Below are positions 13,168 through 25,986 of a stretch of DNA of 64,000 nt, piece after piece. Each line of letters starts with the position of its first letter. Position 1 is the stretch's first letter. Position numbers and translations under genes: made by a program. Source of the stretch: Nemertoderma westbladi (lineage: Eukaryota; Animalia; Xenacoelomorpha); the NCBI GenBank assembly GCA_032718475.1, contig JAUCBJ010007869.1, positions 1 to 64,000 on the forward strand, given 5' to 3'. Under the pieces are notes generated by a model that saw only the letters and a list, made by a program, of their open reading frames with translations, was not told the origin of the DNA and searched no databases.

Positions 13168-16100
13168 TCCTCTGATAAAGAAGATTGTACGTTTGTTTTA
13201 GTAACCGGTAATCTGGCAACTTTATTATGCGCGTCCAAAATTTTACAATGTAAAATTTTCGACGCAAGGCTAAAGGTACCGCGCCACTTTCCCCGTATAC
13301 CGTAAAATTTGGTGAACTGCGCTTTATTCCTAAAACCCTTTTAATGAATCCCAAATGGACACGTTCTGCAGCCGGTGCCATGTGAAAGCCCCACACCTCT
13401 GATCCGTACATAAGTATAGGTAATATTAAACATTCGAATAGTCTGTATCGCAATTCGAATGTAACATTTCTTAAGCTTTCTGTAAGCTTTCTGCGCCTTT
13501 TCGGCAAGCACCTTTTGGGCAGTTGAGAATTTCCCTGTGGTGGTAAAATCGATTCCCAAGTAAGTATATTGGGACACCACCTCGACTACCTTTGATTTAT
13601 AGAACCATTTATTACTTAGGGTGCCCCCTTTTCTAAACACTATAATCTTTGTCTTTGCCAAATTTACCTCGAGAGGCCAGTAATCCGCAAACGAACTCAA
13701 TGTGTCCAAAGATGTCTGCAGTTTTGTTGCGCTATTTGCCATGAGAATGACGTCATCAGCGTATAATAGGAGGAACAACTGTAGATGACCTACATGTAGA
13801 CCCTCAAACCCAACAGCTGCCAATTCCGCCTCCAAGTCGTTCAAGAATAGAGAGAAGAGAAGGGGGGGATAAAGCATCCCCTTGCATTACCCCTACAAGT
13901 ATATCGAACTGATCGGAATAATTACTGTTCCACCTAACCCGAGCCTTAGCTGCGCTGGAAATGCTCTTTACGATTCCAAAGATTTTTCCTCCAAAGCCTA
14001 AACTACCAAGTTTTATCCAAAGGGCCTTGTGGTTAACGCCATCGAACGCACGACGAAAGTCAACGTAAGCGCAGTATAATTTATTCCCAGATTGTTTTGT
14101 GAAGTGGGAAATAAGACCATGGAGAATAAGAATGTGATCAGTCGCTCCGTAACCTGTTCTGAACCCACCTTGGGCTTCCGATCTAGCACCTGTGCAATCG
14201 GCCCACCATGTCAGTCTTGCGTTTATAATTCCTGTGAAAAGTTTACCAACACAACTCAAAGCGAAATCCCTCGGTAATTACTCGAATCTAGCCTGTCTCC
14301 CTTGTTCTTATATATCGGGTTAATTAGTGCGGTCGCCCATGCCTCCGGAAAATATTCTACATAAAACACTGCATTGAATAATACAGTCAAGGTGGGGGTT
14401 AACTGCTCTTCACCTTCCATTAAGAATTCATTAATTAGTAAGTCTATACATGCTGCCTTACCCCGCTTTAGTCTAAGGATAGCTAATTTGACTTCCTCTT
14501 CAGTGAATGGTTGGGATATATATGATTCTAGAATGGATTTACTTTCTTGTACATTGATATTAACTCTAGGTGGTATTCCCACATCTTCAAAGTTGTTTGT
14601 ATTGCTGCTACTTAAGTCACTGTAATATTTATAAAACTCTCCGACACTGGGTGATACCGTATTAGCGCTACCTTTACCACTGGCGTTTGCTAGTAGTTTC
14701 CAGAATTTTTTTGTTTCGGAAACCCTAGATTTTTCAAGTAGCTGTGATTGGTCCTTTTTGTAATTAATGCGTGCTTGCCTCAATGACTTTCGATACGTGT
14801 TGCGTGCAGAGGTCATTGCCCTATGAGAGTGCGCTTCCAGTTTGCCACGGCTGTTTGAAATAGACATCTGTTATTTCGACAGTCGTCATTGTACCACGGG
14901 TGAGATACTCTAGATGAATCATTTGTAGCGCTCAGTTTGTTAGCGGACGCAAAATATTTGTCAGCCACCCCTGATAAACTATCACATAATTTTTCTGCCG
15001 CACAGTCGATATCGTTTTTCTCTATTTTGCCGCAAGTAACTAAATCAATCACATCGTCTAACTTAGCCTGGAATTCAGGTGAGGCTAAGTCTTGTTTAAA
15101 TTTGGACGAATATTTTTCTTTCCAGAAGTACTTTTTGTTATTGTTTATAGTAGTCCCTTGAGTATCAGACTGGTTAGTTCTGGGTGAAGTTGGTAGCTGC
15201 GATATAGTGTTACCTGTCATAGTCATTTTCAAAACACAGTATTTGGTAAACTCATTTGGGTCGTTTACTGTGAAAGAGCTGCGCTTGATAATGTCCAAAC
15301 TACCAACCACATAGTCAATGGTGGATTTGCCGATCCCTTTTCCAGTTGAATAATATGTAAATTTTCCAACCCCTTTATCCTCACCTGCCCTTCCATTAAA
15401 TATACGCAAGCCGGTTGCCTTACATAGTTCTAGTAACCTTTTACCATAACAATATCCATATTGGATCTTAGTACACTACATTCCCCCAACATATCCGGTT
15501 GAATGTCGTCGTCAAAAGAGTAATCCGGGGGAAGTAGGTCGTCCAACATAGACCCGCTTACGTCATTTTCAATATAATCTGGTTCTGATGATGTTCTAGA
15601 ATTTAAGTCACAAAAATTATTACATCATTAGAACGTTGGTATGCACCCACACCCTCTTCGATCAGATCAAAAATAGCAATCGGATCGTTAGAGTACTGAG
15701 TGCTTCCTTGTGGTGGTATGTAGGCCGCGCACAAAATAATATCTTTGTCTAGGTCTAATTTTGTTTTATCAAGTTTAACCCATAACATGTCGTCATTTCC
15801 GAATTCTTGCAACAGAGAGACGGCGCCGTCGTAAATATCTTTGTAAAATAAAGTAACGCCTCCACTAAATCTATTTGTCCTAGGATGTTTCCTTTTTCTA
15901 GTGGTTGAAAGGGTGGAGTACCCGTATAGATTAATATCTAACTTACTTAAAGGGCTCAGCCATGTCTCGGTTGTGATAAAAAATTGTTTGATTATGTTGC
16001 AAAAATTTGGATCAGTAAGTTTCAGAGTTAACCCTTCAACATTTAACATGCCAAACACTATATTACTAAAACAGCTTACAGTAGGTTTGTAGTTGGGTTT

Positions 16101-16812
16101 GTCTTCATTCCGGTTTCGTTTACCTAACCTGCAGTCTGGTCTGGTGGGTTGGGTGTGGCGGTTGTCTAACCGAATTCCCTTGTTGAGTCATGGGGGTCTG
16201 TTCATAGTCCGTTGAGACCGGCTGGTGGTCGTCTGTTCCGTGTCTGGGTGTGTCTATTATTCTACGACGGCCCGATGGACCTATAGAATGAGACCTAGTA
16301 TTGTACTGAGAACTAGATGTTTGTAAACCTTTACCCTTGGTGTTTCCAATTTTCTTTACAACATTTTCTAGACTTGTTGTTCGTTGTTGTTTAGTTTTGG
16401 GTCTACCTCTTGGGTGACCGTTTGATTGGTTGGGGACGGGTGGATTCGCGAGGGGGGTTGGCGGCATTACTACCGGGATAGTCTCAGGCAACTTAGAAAT
16501 ATTAGCAATATTTTCATTTGCATTATTACTCTGACTCACGGCAGGCAAATATGCCTGGTTAGATAGGACGTTAGAGCCAACGCTATTCACGTTTATAACG
16601 GTTGCTAAGGGTTGTTGGTTACTGGAAATTCTGGAATCACCTATGTTAGCAATCCCCGCTTGAGTGGCAGATAAAATACTACCTGTATTATGATGATGGT
16701 CTACAGTAGAATGATTAAAATTAAAATGATGTTGCGCCGCCCCTTGAATATGAGGAACGCATACTGGGACTGTATATGGAATAGGAACAGAAAAGGGAAC
16801 CCCAACCATATC
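13168..16812 (-). pseudogene. 5' part of the degraded LINE: ORF1 remnant and frameshifted APE endonuclease/reverse transcriptase
   Basis: ORF fragments with LNVEG, TETW, NYRGISL, VDFRRAFD, VMQGD and LLYADD; multiple frameshifts; 5' truncated. Confidence 0.92.
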
Positions 16813-16817
16813 TGTAC

Positions 16818-16940
16818 TATACTACACAGTTATACGACGTCATACACTATTATACACTGCCATACTACACTGTTATACGACGTCATACACTATTATATAC
16901 TCAACACTGCCATACTACACGGTTATACGACGTCATACAT
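16818..16940. repeat. ~3 copies of the same 43-bp satellite as 3018-7230
   Basis: Same unit directly at the LINE 5' end, suggesting the LINE inserted into the array. Confidence 0.9.
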
Positions 16941-16949
16941 TATATGTTC

Positions 16950-17242
16950 CCCTATCTGTGCTGCACGCGTGGCTGTAACGTTCACCTATTTGTGCTGCAC
17001 ACGTGGCTGTGACATTCACCTATCTGTGCTGCACAAGTGGCTGTGACGTTCACCTATCTGTGCTGCACGCGTGGCTGTGGCGTTCACTATCTGTGCTGCA
17101 CACGTGGTTGTGGCGTTCACTATCTATGCAGCACACGTGGCTGTCACGTTCACCCATCTGTGCTGCACACATGGATGTAACGTTCACCTAACTGCTGCAC
17201 ACGTGGCTGTGACTACTATCTGTCCCGCACAAGTGGCTGTGC
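16950..17242. repeat. ~34-bp minisatellite (~9 degenerate copies)
   Basis: Unit CACCTATCTGTGCTGCACACGTGGCTGTGACGTT. Confidence 0.88.
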
Positions 17243-19122
17243 GTTGACCTATAAGGTTTGACTTACCTTGTGCATGTGGGTAAACATATACCGCAGTATC
17301 GGTACATTGCATCTTGCATGTATCTTGCGATACTTGGCGCAGGCACACAGAGAGGTCGTACAATGTGTTAAAATCCCCCCCCCCCCCCCCCCCACTCTCT
17401 AAGCTCTCGCTATTGGACAATAAATTCCCATAGAAAGAAGAAGAAAACTCAAATAGAAAACTTACTACATTGGCTATAATTGACAATAAAGGTTAAACGT
17501 TGAATATTCATTGGTAGATATTAGAATCTCACATTGAAATTGCAGCCCGTTTTTAAGGTATTAATTTACTCACCAAAACACCAAAAAACGCCTCAATAAA
17601 CCCAAATATTAATGAAATATTTCCCATAACGCATACCGAATCAACTAATAGGGAGATTGCGGTGTATAAGGGACAAACAAAGAGACACATACCAAAAAAT
17701 GATTAAACAAACACCGCATATAAACAATGCGCAAATTAAATTTTATATTAATTATAACATAGAAAAAATATCCGGCAAAGTGCCTAATGAAATATAATAA
17801 TAAATCATTTCACAAAATCATATAAGTTGAAACAGATTGGACATCGAGGCGGGTCAATCAATGTCGTTTCTTTTTCTTTTAATTGTCAATATTCCGATTA
17901 GAATGTATTTATTTAATTATTAGGTAAAACTACCACCGGTACTAAACGATCAGTTACTATAAGTGAATTGATATTTACCTTCACCTAAACAGCCGTCGCG
18001 TCGCACTCCTATAAACAGTACCAATCGACGATACTAATCTAACCCACAGGTCGTCAACACCAAACTGCAACGTCCAGGAATTGGACAAACAACCAAACTA
18101 ACAAACCGTAAAGAGTTCATTTATAATTAATTCAAGTTCCGGTATGGCGCCTTTATTAAACTGAAAGTAAGTAACTTTTATACCAGTACCGGTTTCCTAT
18201 ATAGTTAGTTAAGTTACAACTTAAAGACAAAGCGGTTATTGAATTAAGTTGCCCCACTGCGGGACAAAAATCGTGCAAATATAGAATATATCGATCTACA
18301 AGCACTTAAACTTTAAATCCAACGTGCAGAAATTATATATATAAATTAATTTGACACAGAATATTAGAACCAACATGCTTTTACAATCAGGTCTATGTAG
18401 TTCAAGAAATCCGTTCCATAAATTTTGCAATAATTAGTATTTTTTGCGCAAAGTGAGGTTTCATGAATAAATAATGAACTAAAAAAAACACCGGTTACCT
18501 ATAATATATTTAAACCAATATTTATTAACACCTTTCCATAAAACCAAAAACATCACCACCAAATACAAAAAATTTAACTTACTGTCAATGGAATATAATA
18601 TTAAACACCACAGAATAAATAACTGAATTAAATTTAGTCTAAAAATCATTTTAGCCATAAAATATATATATATATATCTTTAATTTCACATTTTGAACTC
18701 AATATATTATTAGACTTGGACCTTTTCGACACCAACAATAAGCTGATCAAGAAATATCAACACACCGAGGTAGTCTGATAATATCATGTGAACCTGCAAG
18801 CCTTTAAACATCGAACCTACAAAGCAACTTAAAGCACAAAAGCAGTCGACAATGGATATAAAAAATAAGTTTCAACAATTTAGTTTTCTCTTCTAGTCAA
18901 ACCAATTAATTTTTTGTGTAATAAATCTCGCAATACTTATAATTAATATCAGATAAGATAAGTTAGAACATTGGAAAGCAACAGATAATAACAACCAGTA
19001 TTTCATTTTAACACACCCAGTCAAAAATAATTATAGTAAATTTATTCAACTAAAGTGTTTGTCCTCAATTGGCACCTCCAATCCAGGGAGCACCAATGAA
19101 TTGGGCAACATTTAAAAGCTAA

Positions 19123-22100
19123 TTATCCTTCCTGCCCTTGACCAGAGGAATTTCTAATCCACTGCAAGAAAGGTTCTGCGGAGTTTAGTAAAGCCTCCTT
19201 GTCGGGTTTCTCTTTACAACTATTTTCCCACTCAAAGAAGGCATCTTCGGAGATAATGTCCAGGTCGTGGAGGTCATAGCAGAAGTCGGTGAGGATATTG
19301 GGGGGGTTGTTAACCCTCAGGATGAGACTCTCTAGGGCAAACATTGCCTCCAGTTCGCGTTCAGCTTTATTGTCCAAATACTTCTTGAGGACGGAAGACC
19401 GGAGTTTAAAGCGACTCTTTAGGAAGGAATATAGCCCTTCCGATTGTGTTATTGTGCTCTCGCACACAGCGGACATAAGGGGGCCGCAATACTTCACGAT
19501 GTTCCCAAGGGGAACATTCTCCGTAATAAAATCAAAAATAGCCTCATTGTCTACCGTGGGTTCCATGGTAACGAGTTTAAATAATTCCTCCCGGAAGTGT
19601 TCCGGTGAGACAGACAACGTGGGCGACTGAGGAAGGGCGCCCGATAGGGTGTAGTTCAACTGGTTACCGCAAACAAAATTCTCGATCTTCGTGTCGCCAA
19701 AATTGGCGTCGAAGAACTCGGACCATCTGAGAGCAGAGTTCTTCCAGAGTTCGGCGACCTTTATGGTACCGTGTTTAGTGCCGGCGACATGCAGGATTTT
19801 GGCAATAACGATATGGGCCTTACCCGGCTCGATTAAAGGCTTGCACACGGTGCTCAGTAGTGCCAAGTCAATCGGAGAGTCTTCGCAGACGACGGGGGAA
19901 ATTAATTCAGCGAGATAATCCCAAATCATAGGGACATCGAGGGATAACTCCTGGGCCGTTTCGGTTACGTAAACGCAACCCCTAATGTAGGAGCCGGGGT
20001 CTAGGAAGCCCTTCTTGAGCCACCGATACAGTAATAAACCCGTGTGTTCCCGGACCTGTTTCGATCTCTCCAAGGAGAATATAATACACTGACTGACGAT
20101 AAGGAAACCGCTCCGTTCTGACTTGTGGAACTCGGAGAAACATTCGGTGGCCTCCCGGAAGTCGAACTGGTGCAGATAATCCTCGAGATTGGCCGTCGTC
20201 TTCGAACGGATCTCATCGTCAGTGAATACGGGAGGCTTTACGTGTTCGGTCGGAGCTGGTCGCGGGTCGTGTGAGCGGGGCACCGCTCGGTCGACGCGGG
20301 GGAGCGGCGAGTGGTCCCGCGAGCCCATCGGGGAAGGCAAAGGGGATTGTCGGGGCGACGGGGACGCCTGTCGGGGGGAGCCGCCGGTCTCGAGGAGGCG
20401 CAGATTCCTCGCGGACGGAACGCTCGGCTGCGAGAACCGACGGCCGTAGTCGGGGCCGAGACGCGGGGTCCGCTGGTTGTAGTTGTCGTCGGCGGCAGCG
20501 GGGCGACTGAGTCGCGGGGGTTGGGGCTCGTCGGTGAAGCGGTTGCTGGGGCGCTCGGTCGAGGGCTCCGTCTTGGTAGCCGATAGACCCCGGGTCCACG
20601 TCTTACCCCGACCGCTACCCGGCCCCAACATAAACGACGACTTATCAACCTCGATCGGTTGCTTCATAGCGGAAGTTGAGCTGTGGAACTTCTGAATATC
20701 GAAGGTTTGTTTGGCCGACTTGCTGGAGTTATTAACTGTATTCCAGCCGTCCGATTGGCTAATCGGCTGAGGGGCAACGTTCTGTTTGTACGAACGATTC
20801 TTGTAATTATCTTGCCGCTTTCTCTCCTGGAGCTCCATAACCATGATCTTCTCCATCTTGGCCTCGTCCGCGATGTCCTTATGAACCTCATCGATGGTCT
20901 TGGGATTGTCGTCGGGTCGTCTCAACACCCAATTACTCTCCCGCAGGTCCACCGCGTCCTGCAACATGAACCGGATGCGCGATGACGTACTCCTCTGCCT
21001 TATAATCTCGCTAATCTTATTGAAGTACCCGTCCATAGCGGCCTTGGACTTGGGCGTATCGAGGTCCCGCCCTATAGTGGTGAGCAACCGACACAGACAC
21101 TCCAAGTGTTCCTCGTCGTCTGTACTCAGTAACTTCTTCACGCAGTTATGCATTATCTTCTCGGTCAACATCTGCAACTTAAATAATTCTCCGATGAACC
21201 GAATATTACCGAGGGATCTTCGCTTCTCCTTCCCGCGTTGCAATAACAACTTCTCCTCCTCGAACTTCCTCTCCGGCTCGGTCTTCGCTTCGGCGATCGC
21301 CTTGAAGAACTCCCCGTACAGGAGTTCCTCGTCCTTCTCGCGTTCGAATTCCGACTGACAGAGAGTCAGCAGGATCTTACGGAAGCTCTTCGTGCCCTGT
21401 TCGTCGAAGGAGACGCTGATCTCCTTCATGTGGAGACAGAGGTTGGCGTAGGCGACGCAGTAACTCGGTTCGTCCAACGCCTTGAGGAAGATGAGTCGGA
21501 CGCAGCCCTCGAACCGTTCCGCCGTGTCGATCTCCAGATCCTTGATCTGTTTGATAAGATTCTTAAAGTTCTGCGGCGTCAGTTTGTTGAGGATCCCCTT
21601 TATCTTGCCGAGAATCGCCTCGGTTTTCAGCTCCTCCTCGGTTTTGTTGGCCTCGAGGGTTTTATGTTTCGGTTTCCAGGCGTTCTCGGCGACCTGGAGC
21701 AGCTGGTTGTCCGGCGGGCGGTCCGGGACCGGTATGATCCGGCGGTCCGGCTTGGGGACGCCCCCTCGCGGGCCCCCCGGGTAGCCCCCCCGGCCCCCCG
21801 CGCGACGGCCCGCGAAGTCCCCCCCGCGGGATCGGGACTGCGGGGGACCCGACGGAACGAAGTTGGGCAGGAAGAAGTCGTGGCGGGCGCCCGGGCGATG
21901 GGGCGTCAGTACGGGCGCCATGAACCCCGGGGAGGGCCCCGACTGGAAGCTCTGCGGCTGCGCCGTGTCCAGGATGATCTCGCAGATGGCCGGTAGGTCC
22001 CTCGGCTTGTCCTTGATGCTCGCGAACTGCAGCAGGAACTCCCTGTCGTAGGCCTTCTTCCCCTCCCGGTTTATCGGACTCCATTGATCCTCTTTGTAGT

Positions 22101-23811
22101 TGTACCGCGGGATCGGCTCGGGGGGAGAGTCGCTGTCCGACTCGGACGAGTCGCCGTCGGTACGAACCGGAGTCGCGTCCGTGGCAACCGGAGTCGCGTC
22201 CGTGGCAACCAGAGGGGCGTCCGTAGCAACCGGAGTCGCGTCCATAGCAACGGGAGTCGCGTCCATAGTAACGGGAGTCGGGTCCATAGCAACGGGAGTC
22301 GGGTCCATAGCAACGGGGTCGGCGTCCATAGCAACGGGGTCGGCTTCCATAGCAACGGGAGTCGCGTCCATAGCAACGGGAGTCGAGTCCATAGCAACGG
22401 GAGTCGCTTCTTTAGCAACGGAAGTCGCGTCCATAGCAACAGGACTCGCGTCCGGAGCAACAGGGTCCGCGTCCGTAGCGACCGGTGTATCATCAGTATC
22501 TCTAACGGACTCGGTAACAGCCGGACCGACAACGACCTCCGACTCTTCGACGGATTGGCTCCCGACTGCCGCCTGGGACGGGATATCCAAAGTCTCGTCT
22601 CCCTTTGGATCCCCAAGGACCGCATCCTGGACAGCCTCGTCGCTGACCGATTCCTCGTCCACTCCGTTAACCTGAACGGGAGAGACGGCGGTCGGAGTAG
22701 ATAGTTCTACTGTGGGGGATTCTACTTCTACAGTGGGGCGTAGAATAGCCGCGGGTTCACTGGGTGACGTTTCCTGTGGAGTACTCACCGGCGGTGGAGT
22801 CACCGTTGGACTCACCCCGGGTGCACTCACCGCCGGTGCAACCACCACCACCGGCGGCGGACTAGGCACCGTTTTCCCCTCATTCCTCCCCAACCCGTTC
22901 TCCACACTTTCCTTTCCACCGAAACATATCTCGGTGGTGATGTCCTTCCCGTCGCGGGTCGGATCCCGGATCCGGATGACGGACTTCTCCTTGCGGGGCG
23001 CCGCGGTCCACTGGGACTGCGCCGCCGCCGCGGGGGGCTGGTGGGCCGCCGCAGTGTAGGTCTGTAGCGGGGCGGGGGGCCCCGGGGGCGCCTCCACCGA
23101 GTGGGCCACCGCCCCGGGGACGAACTCCTGGTAGGGGACCGGGGGGGCAGTTGGGGGTGGCGGGGGGGTGGAGTAGCCCCCCGTCGGGTAGCCGCCGTGG
23201 GACGTCTGGGGGGGCAGATGGTACGGCTGCTGGGGCGGTGGCGGGTGGAACTGGCCCATGGTCGTAGGGTGCGGCTGGGCGGGGTGCGAGTACTGCTGCT
23301 CCATGGGCTGGCTGCTCGAGGGGGCGCTGATCTGTTGGTGCGAGCCGAGGTGGTTGGTCTGCCAGGACAGCGGCTGCGGGGCGCTGGTCGCCATGGAGGC
23401 GTAGAGGCCCGGCGTCCCGGGGAGCTGGACTTGACTGCGCTGGAACACGGGGCCTCTAGGGGGTCCCGGGACCAACCCGGGCACCGTGGGGCGCTGTCCC
23501 TGCGTAAACAGCACCGGGACGTGCATCTGACCGGGTTGGGGGTGCTGGTAGAACATCTGGTTGTTGTTTAACATGTGGGAGTTCATTGAATCCTCAGAGA
23601 TCTGCATTCCCTCTGGGATCTGGGACGGCCGATGTAGCATGTGTTGTTGGGGGTAGTAGAAGGGGGAAATATCTGGTTGGGGGTAGCCCTGGGGTCCCGG
23701 GATGTAATGCGTCATGGGTTGACGGGGCATGTGGAAGCGGTTGGGGCCGCCGGGCTGGTGGTGGGGAATATTCTGCATCCTAGGTGAGTGACTCGTCATC
23801 CTATTTTCCAT
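19123..23811 (-). CDS. EIF4G: Eukaryotic translation initiation factor 4 gamma (eIF4G1/3-type), 1562 aa, single exon
   Basis: PABP-binding motif KSVIRIRDPTRDGKDIT, eIF4E-binding motif YDREFLL (YxxxxL-phi), RGG tract, MIF4G (GILNKLTPQNF...LGNIRFIGELFK...SRIRFMLQD), MA3 and C-terminal W2 (DIISEDAFFEW). Uninterrupted ATG-to-TAA ORF. Confidence 0.96.
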   Translation of the reverse strand: MENRMTSHSPRMQNIPHHQPGGPNRFHMPRQPMTHYIPGPQGYPQPDISPFYYPQQHMLHRPSQIPEGMQISEDSMNSHMLNNNQMFYQHPQPGQMHVPVLFTQGQRPTVPGLVPGPPRGPVFQRSQVQLPGTPGLYASMATSAPQPLSWQTNHLGSHQQISAPSSSQPMEQQYSHPAQPHPTTMGQFHPPPPQQPYHLPPQTSHGGYPTGGYSTPPPPPTAPPVPYQEFVPGAVAHSVEAPPGPPAPLQTYTAAAHQPPAAAAQSQWTAAPRKEKSVIRIRDPTRDGKDITTEICFGGKESVENGLGRNEGKTVPSPPPVVVVAPAVSAPGVSPTVTPPPVSTPQETSPSEPAAILRPTVEVESPTVELSTPTAVSPVQVNGVDEESVSDEAVQDAVLGDPKGDETLDIPSQAAVGSQSVEESEVVVGPAVTESVRDTDDTPVATDADPVAPDASPVAMDATSVAKEATPVAMDSTPVAMDATPVAMEADPVAMDADPVAMDPTPVAMDPTPVTMDATPVAMDATPVATDAPLVATDATPVATDATPVRTDGDSSESDSDSPPEPIPRYNYKEDQWSPINREGKKAYDREFLLQFASIKDKPRDLPAICEIILDTAQPQSFQSGPSPGFMAPVLTPHRPGARHDFFLPNFVPSGPPQSRSRGGDFAGRRAGGRGGYPGGPRGGVPKPDRRIIPVPDRPPDNQLLQVAENAWKPKHKTLEANKTEEELKTEAILGKIKGILNKLTPQNFKNLIKQIKDLEIDTAERFEGCVRLIFLKALDEPSYCVAYANLCLHMKEISVSFDEQGTKSFRKILLTLCQSEFEREKDEELLYGEFFKAIAEAKTEPERKFEEEKLLLQRGKEKRRSLGNIRFIGELFKLQMLTEKIMHNCVKKLLSTDDEEHLECLCRLLTTIGRDLDTPKSKAAMDGYFNKISEIIRQRSTSSRIRFMLQDAVDLRESNWVLRRPDDNPKTIDEVHKDIADEAKMEKIMVMELQERKRQDNYKNRSYKQNVAPQPISQSDGWNTVNNSSKSAKQTFDIQKFHSSTSAMKQPIEVDKSSFMLGPGSGRGKTWTRGLSATKTEPSTERPSNRFTDEPQPPRLSRPAAADDNYNQRTPRLGPDYGRRFSQPSVPSARNLRLLETGGSPRQASPSPRQSPLPSPMGSRDHSPLPRVDRAVPRSHDPRPAPTEHVKPPVFTDDEIRSKTTANLEDYLHQFDFREATECFSEFHKSERSGFLIVSQCIIFSLERSKQVREHTGLLLYRWLKKGFLDPGSYIRGCVYVTETAQELSLDVPMIWDYLAELISPVVCEDSPIDLALLSTVCKPLIEPGKAHIVIAKILHVAGTKHGTIKVAELWKNSALRWSEFFDANFGDTKIENFVCGNQLNYTLSGALPQSPTLSVSPEHFREELFKLVTMEPTVDNEAIFDFITENVPLGNIVKYCGPLMSAVCESTITQSEGLYSFLKSRFKLRSSVLKKYLDNKAERELEAMFALESLILRVNNPPNILTDFCYDLHDLDIISEDAFFEWENSCKEKPDKEALLNSAEPFLQWIRNSSGQGQEG
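22165..22485 (-). repeat. 21-bp coding tandem repeat within eIF4G (PVAMDAT, ~15 copies)
   Basis: Visible in DNA and protein just upstream of the eIF4E-binding motif. Confidence 0.9.
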
Positions 23812-25418
23812 TTCAAATATTCAGCACAGAAATATCGACATACATAAACATTACACTCATATTGGCGGAACTATTTCATCAATACTCAAGTTTAACTCAG
23901 TATATATTCAGATATGGAGTGTCGATAATAATATTTGTTCTCTATTTAAAAAAACAACAAATGTCAGAATGTAGATTTATTATACGGAACTGAAGATAAT
24001 ACTGCAATTAATAGTAATACTTACAACTCAACTAGAATGTAAATTGAATAGGTAGGCCTAAACATATATACAGAGCTAAATTACCGATCTCAGACAAATA
24101 ATAATACAATAATAGATACGTTTTCAGTAGTAATAGTAGCTGATTTGGTTTTAATATTTACGTCAAATACACCATGACCCGTAATATAGTGTCATTTTCT
24201 GATGACACTGGTGGTAATCTTTATCATATTGCTTGAGCTTTGAAACGCAACTAGTTCAACTCACCGTCGATGTTACCATGAATCCGGAATTTTCGATGTT
24301 GCGGTTTTAAAATTTTTTTATAAGCGATTTAAAAAGAGTGTATTTTGCTAAATGAGATCCCTTCGTATCGCGTATCACCGCGTACACCATGTCCTGGAAT
24401 ATAGTGTCGTTATTCATGTACCTGCCACCAAATTTTTCTACAAATTGAAATGAGACTGCATGAAATTTGAAACATAGTTAGTTTCATCTCCCTCTTCCTT
24501 AGTGGTTGAGCCAGAATTTGTATTTTTGCCTTTATTCTTTAGCTACAAGCATTTAAAAAAAGTGTCTCCTTCGATATTGTACAACTTACACCGCAGTTAT
24601 TCTTCGAACTTTTAGTGATTTGCTGGTACTATTGGAAAGCTGACCGTGCAAGGATTCCAAATAGGTATGTACAAATATTTGAATTTGGTTTGGAAATAGC
24701 TGAAATATAGTTTCACTTTCGCAGACACATTTTAGTATATTTTTTATTTCAATTTATATATATATCTCGTATTGCCTTGTCTGAGTTCAAATTATTTATG
24801 AATTTCTAAGACGTACCGTACCGTACCGGTATCTTTTATTTGGTATTTTTTAAAACAAATAAATTTATTGATTTTATAGGCTGATAGGTGTAGAGGTAGG
24901 TTTATTTATATAGGCCCCTATTTGATAATTGAATTGAAATTGAATTTAATGACATACCGGTATATAACAACAATTATCAGTAAAATGGTATGACTGCAAA
25001 TTTTAAAAAAAGAGGCACCCAGCCATGTTGTATCACCACTGGGGGTACATAATTAAAAATAACATTGTAATATGAATATTGATATAGACAATAGACATAT
25101 AAAGTTGTAGTGAATATAAGTAAGTAGGCCTACTAGAAGTAATATAACTACTGAACTAAGTGTGTCTAAAAAAGCGTTTATGTGATTAAAATCTAAATTT
25201 AAAACTGAAAGGAAAAAGTCGAATTATGTTGATTTGTTTAAAATTAAATATAGATAAAAGTTAATGATATGTAGAAATAGGCGCAAGTCGGGGGGGTAAA
25301 CATTGTCTTTCACCACTATCACTTACAAACAGGCAGGTCCTCATTGTAATTGATTCCCTGAAAGCATCAAGATAAGTTGTTCGCACTGCTGACTCAGGTA
25401 AGTTGTCATTTCAACTGG

Positions 25419-25465
<47 letters not shown>

Positions 25466-25985
25466 TTATTTATACATTATGTAAAAACAATAACAAATAC
25501 ACCAAACAATGTACCGGTATAAAGGAATTGTCCAACAATAACATATAGGATTACCCCTAAATCTTTGCAGCTTATTTCCAAGGGGGTCCTTTATGTTACT
25601 TGGTTACAAATACAATATTACACTACGCTAACCTAAAACCAATATAAAACGTAATTACACTATGTACATGTACAACTTTACCACGAGCGTGACAATGCCC
25701 GACTCAACGATAAAGATGTAATGTACAGAACAATTTATTATAAAACGTATTTACAGTAGGCCTATAAATAGTAAATAAATTAATAAACTAATAACTTACT
25801 GTAGGACTATTGTACCTATTTTTACATTGCACACGGAGGTGAGATTTAACTGCAGATTTAAAAGAATGTTGATTATTTAGGTTTTTAATTTCATTAGGCA
25901 GAGCGTTCCAATTTTTAATGCCGTTAAAAAAGAAAGTATCAGATTCAAAGGATTTACAATTCGGGAGGTAGAAGTTTGAAGCACT
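25419..25985 (-). mobile_element. 5'-truncated LINE 3' end (CR1/L2 group) with (TATC)n tail
   Basis: TFFFNGIKNWNALPNEIK...SFKSAVK C-terminus, then a 3' UTR, AATAAA and a (TATC)n microsatellite at 25419-25465. Confidence 0.8.
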
Positions 25986-25986
25986 A

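Noticed and set aside
19289-23783. Many short ORFs overlapping eIF4G
   Set aside because: Shadow frames of a GC-rich coding sequence.
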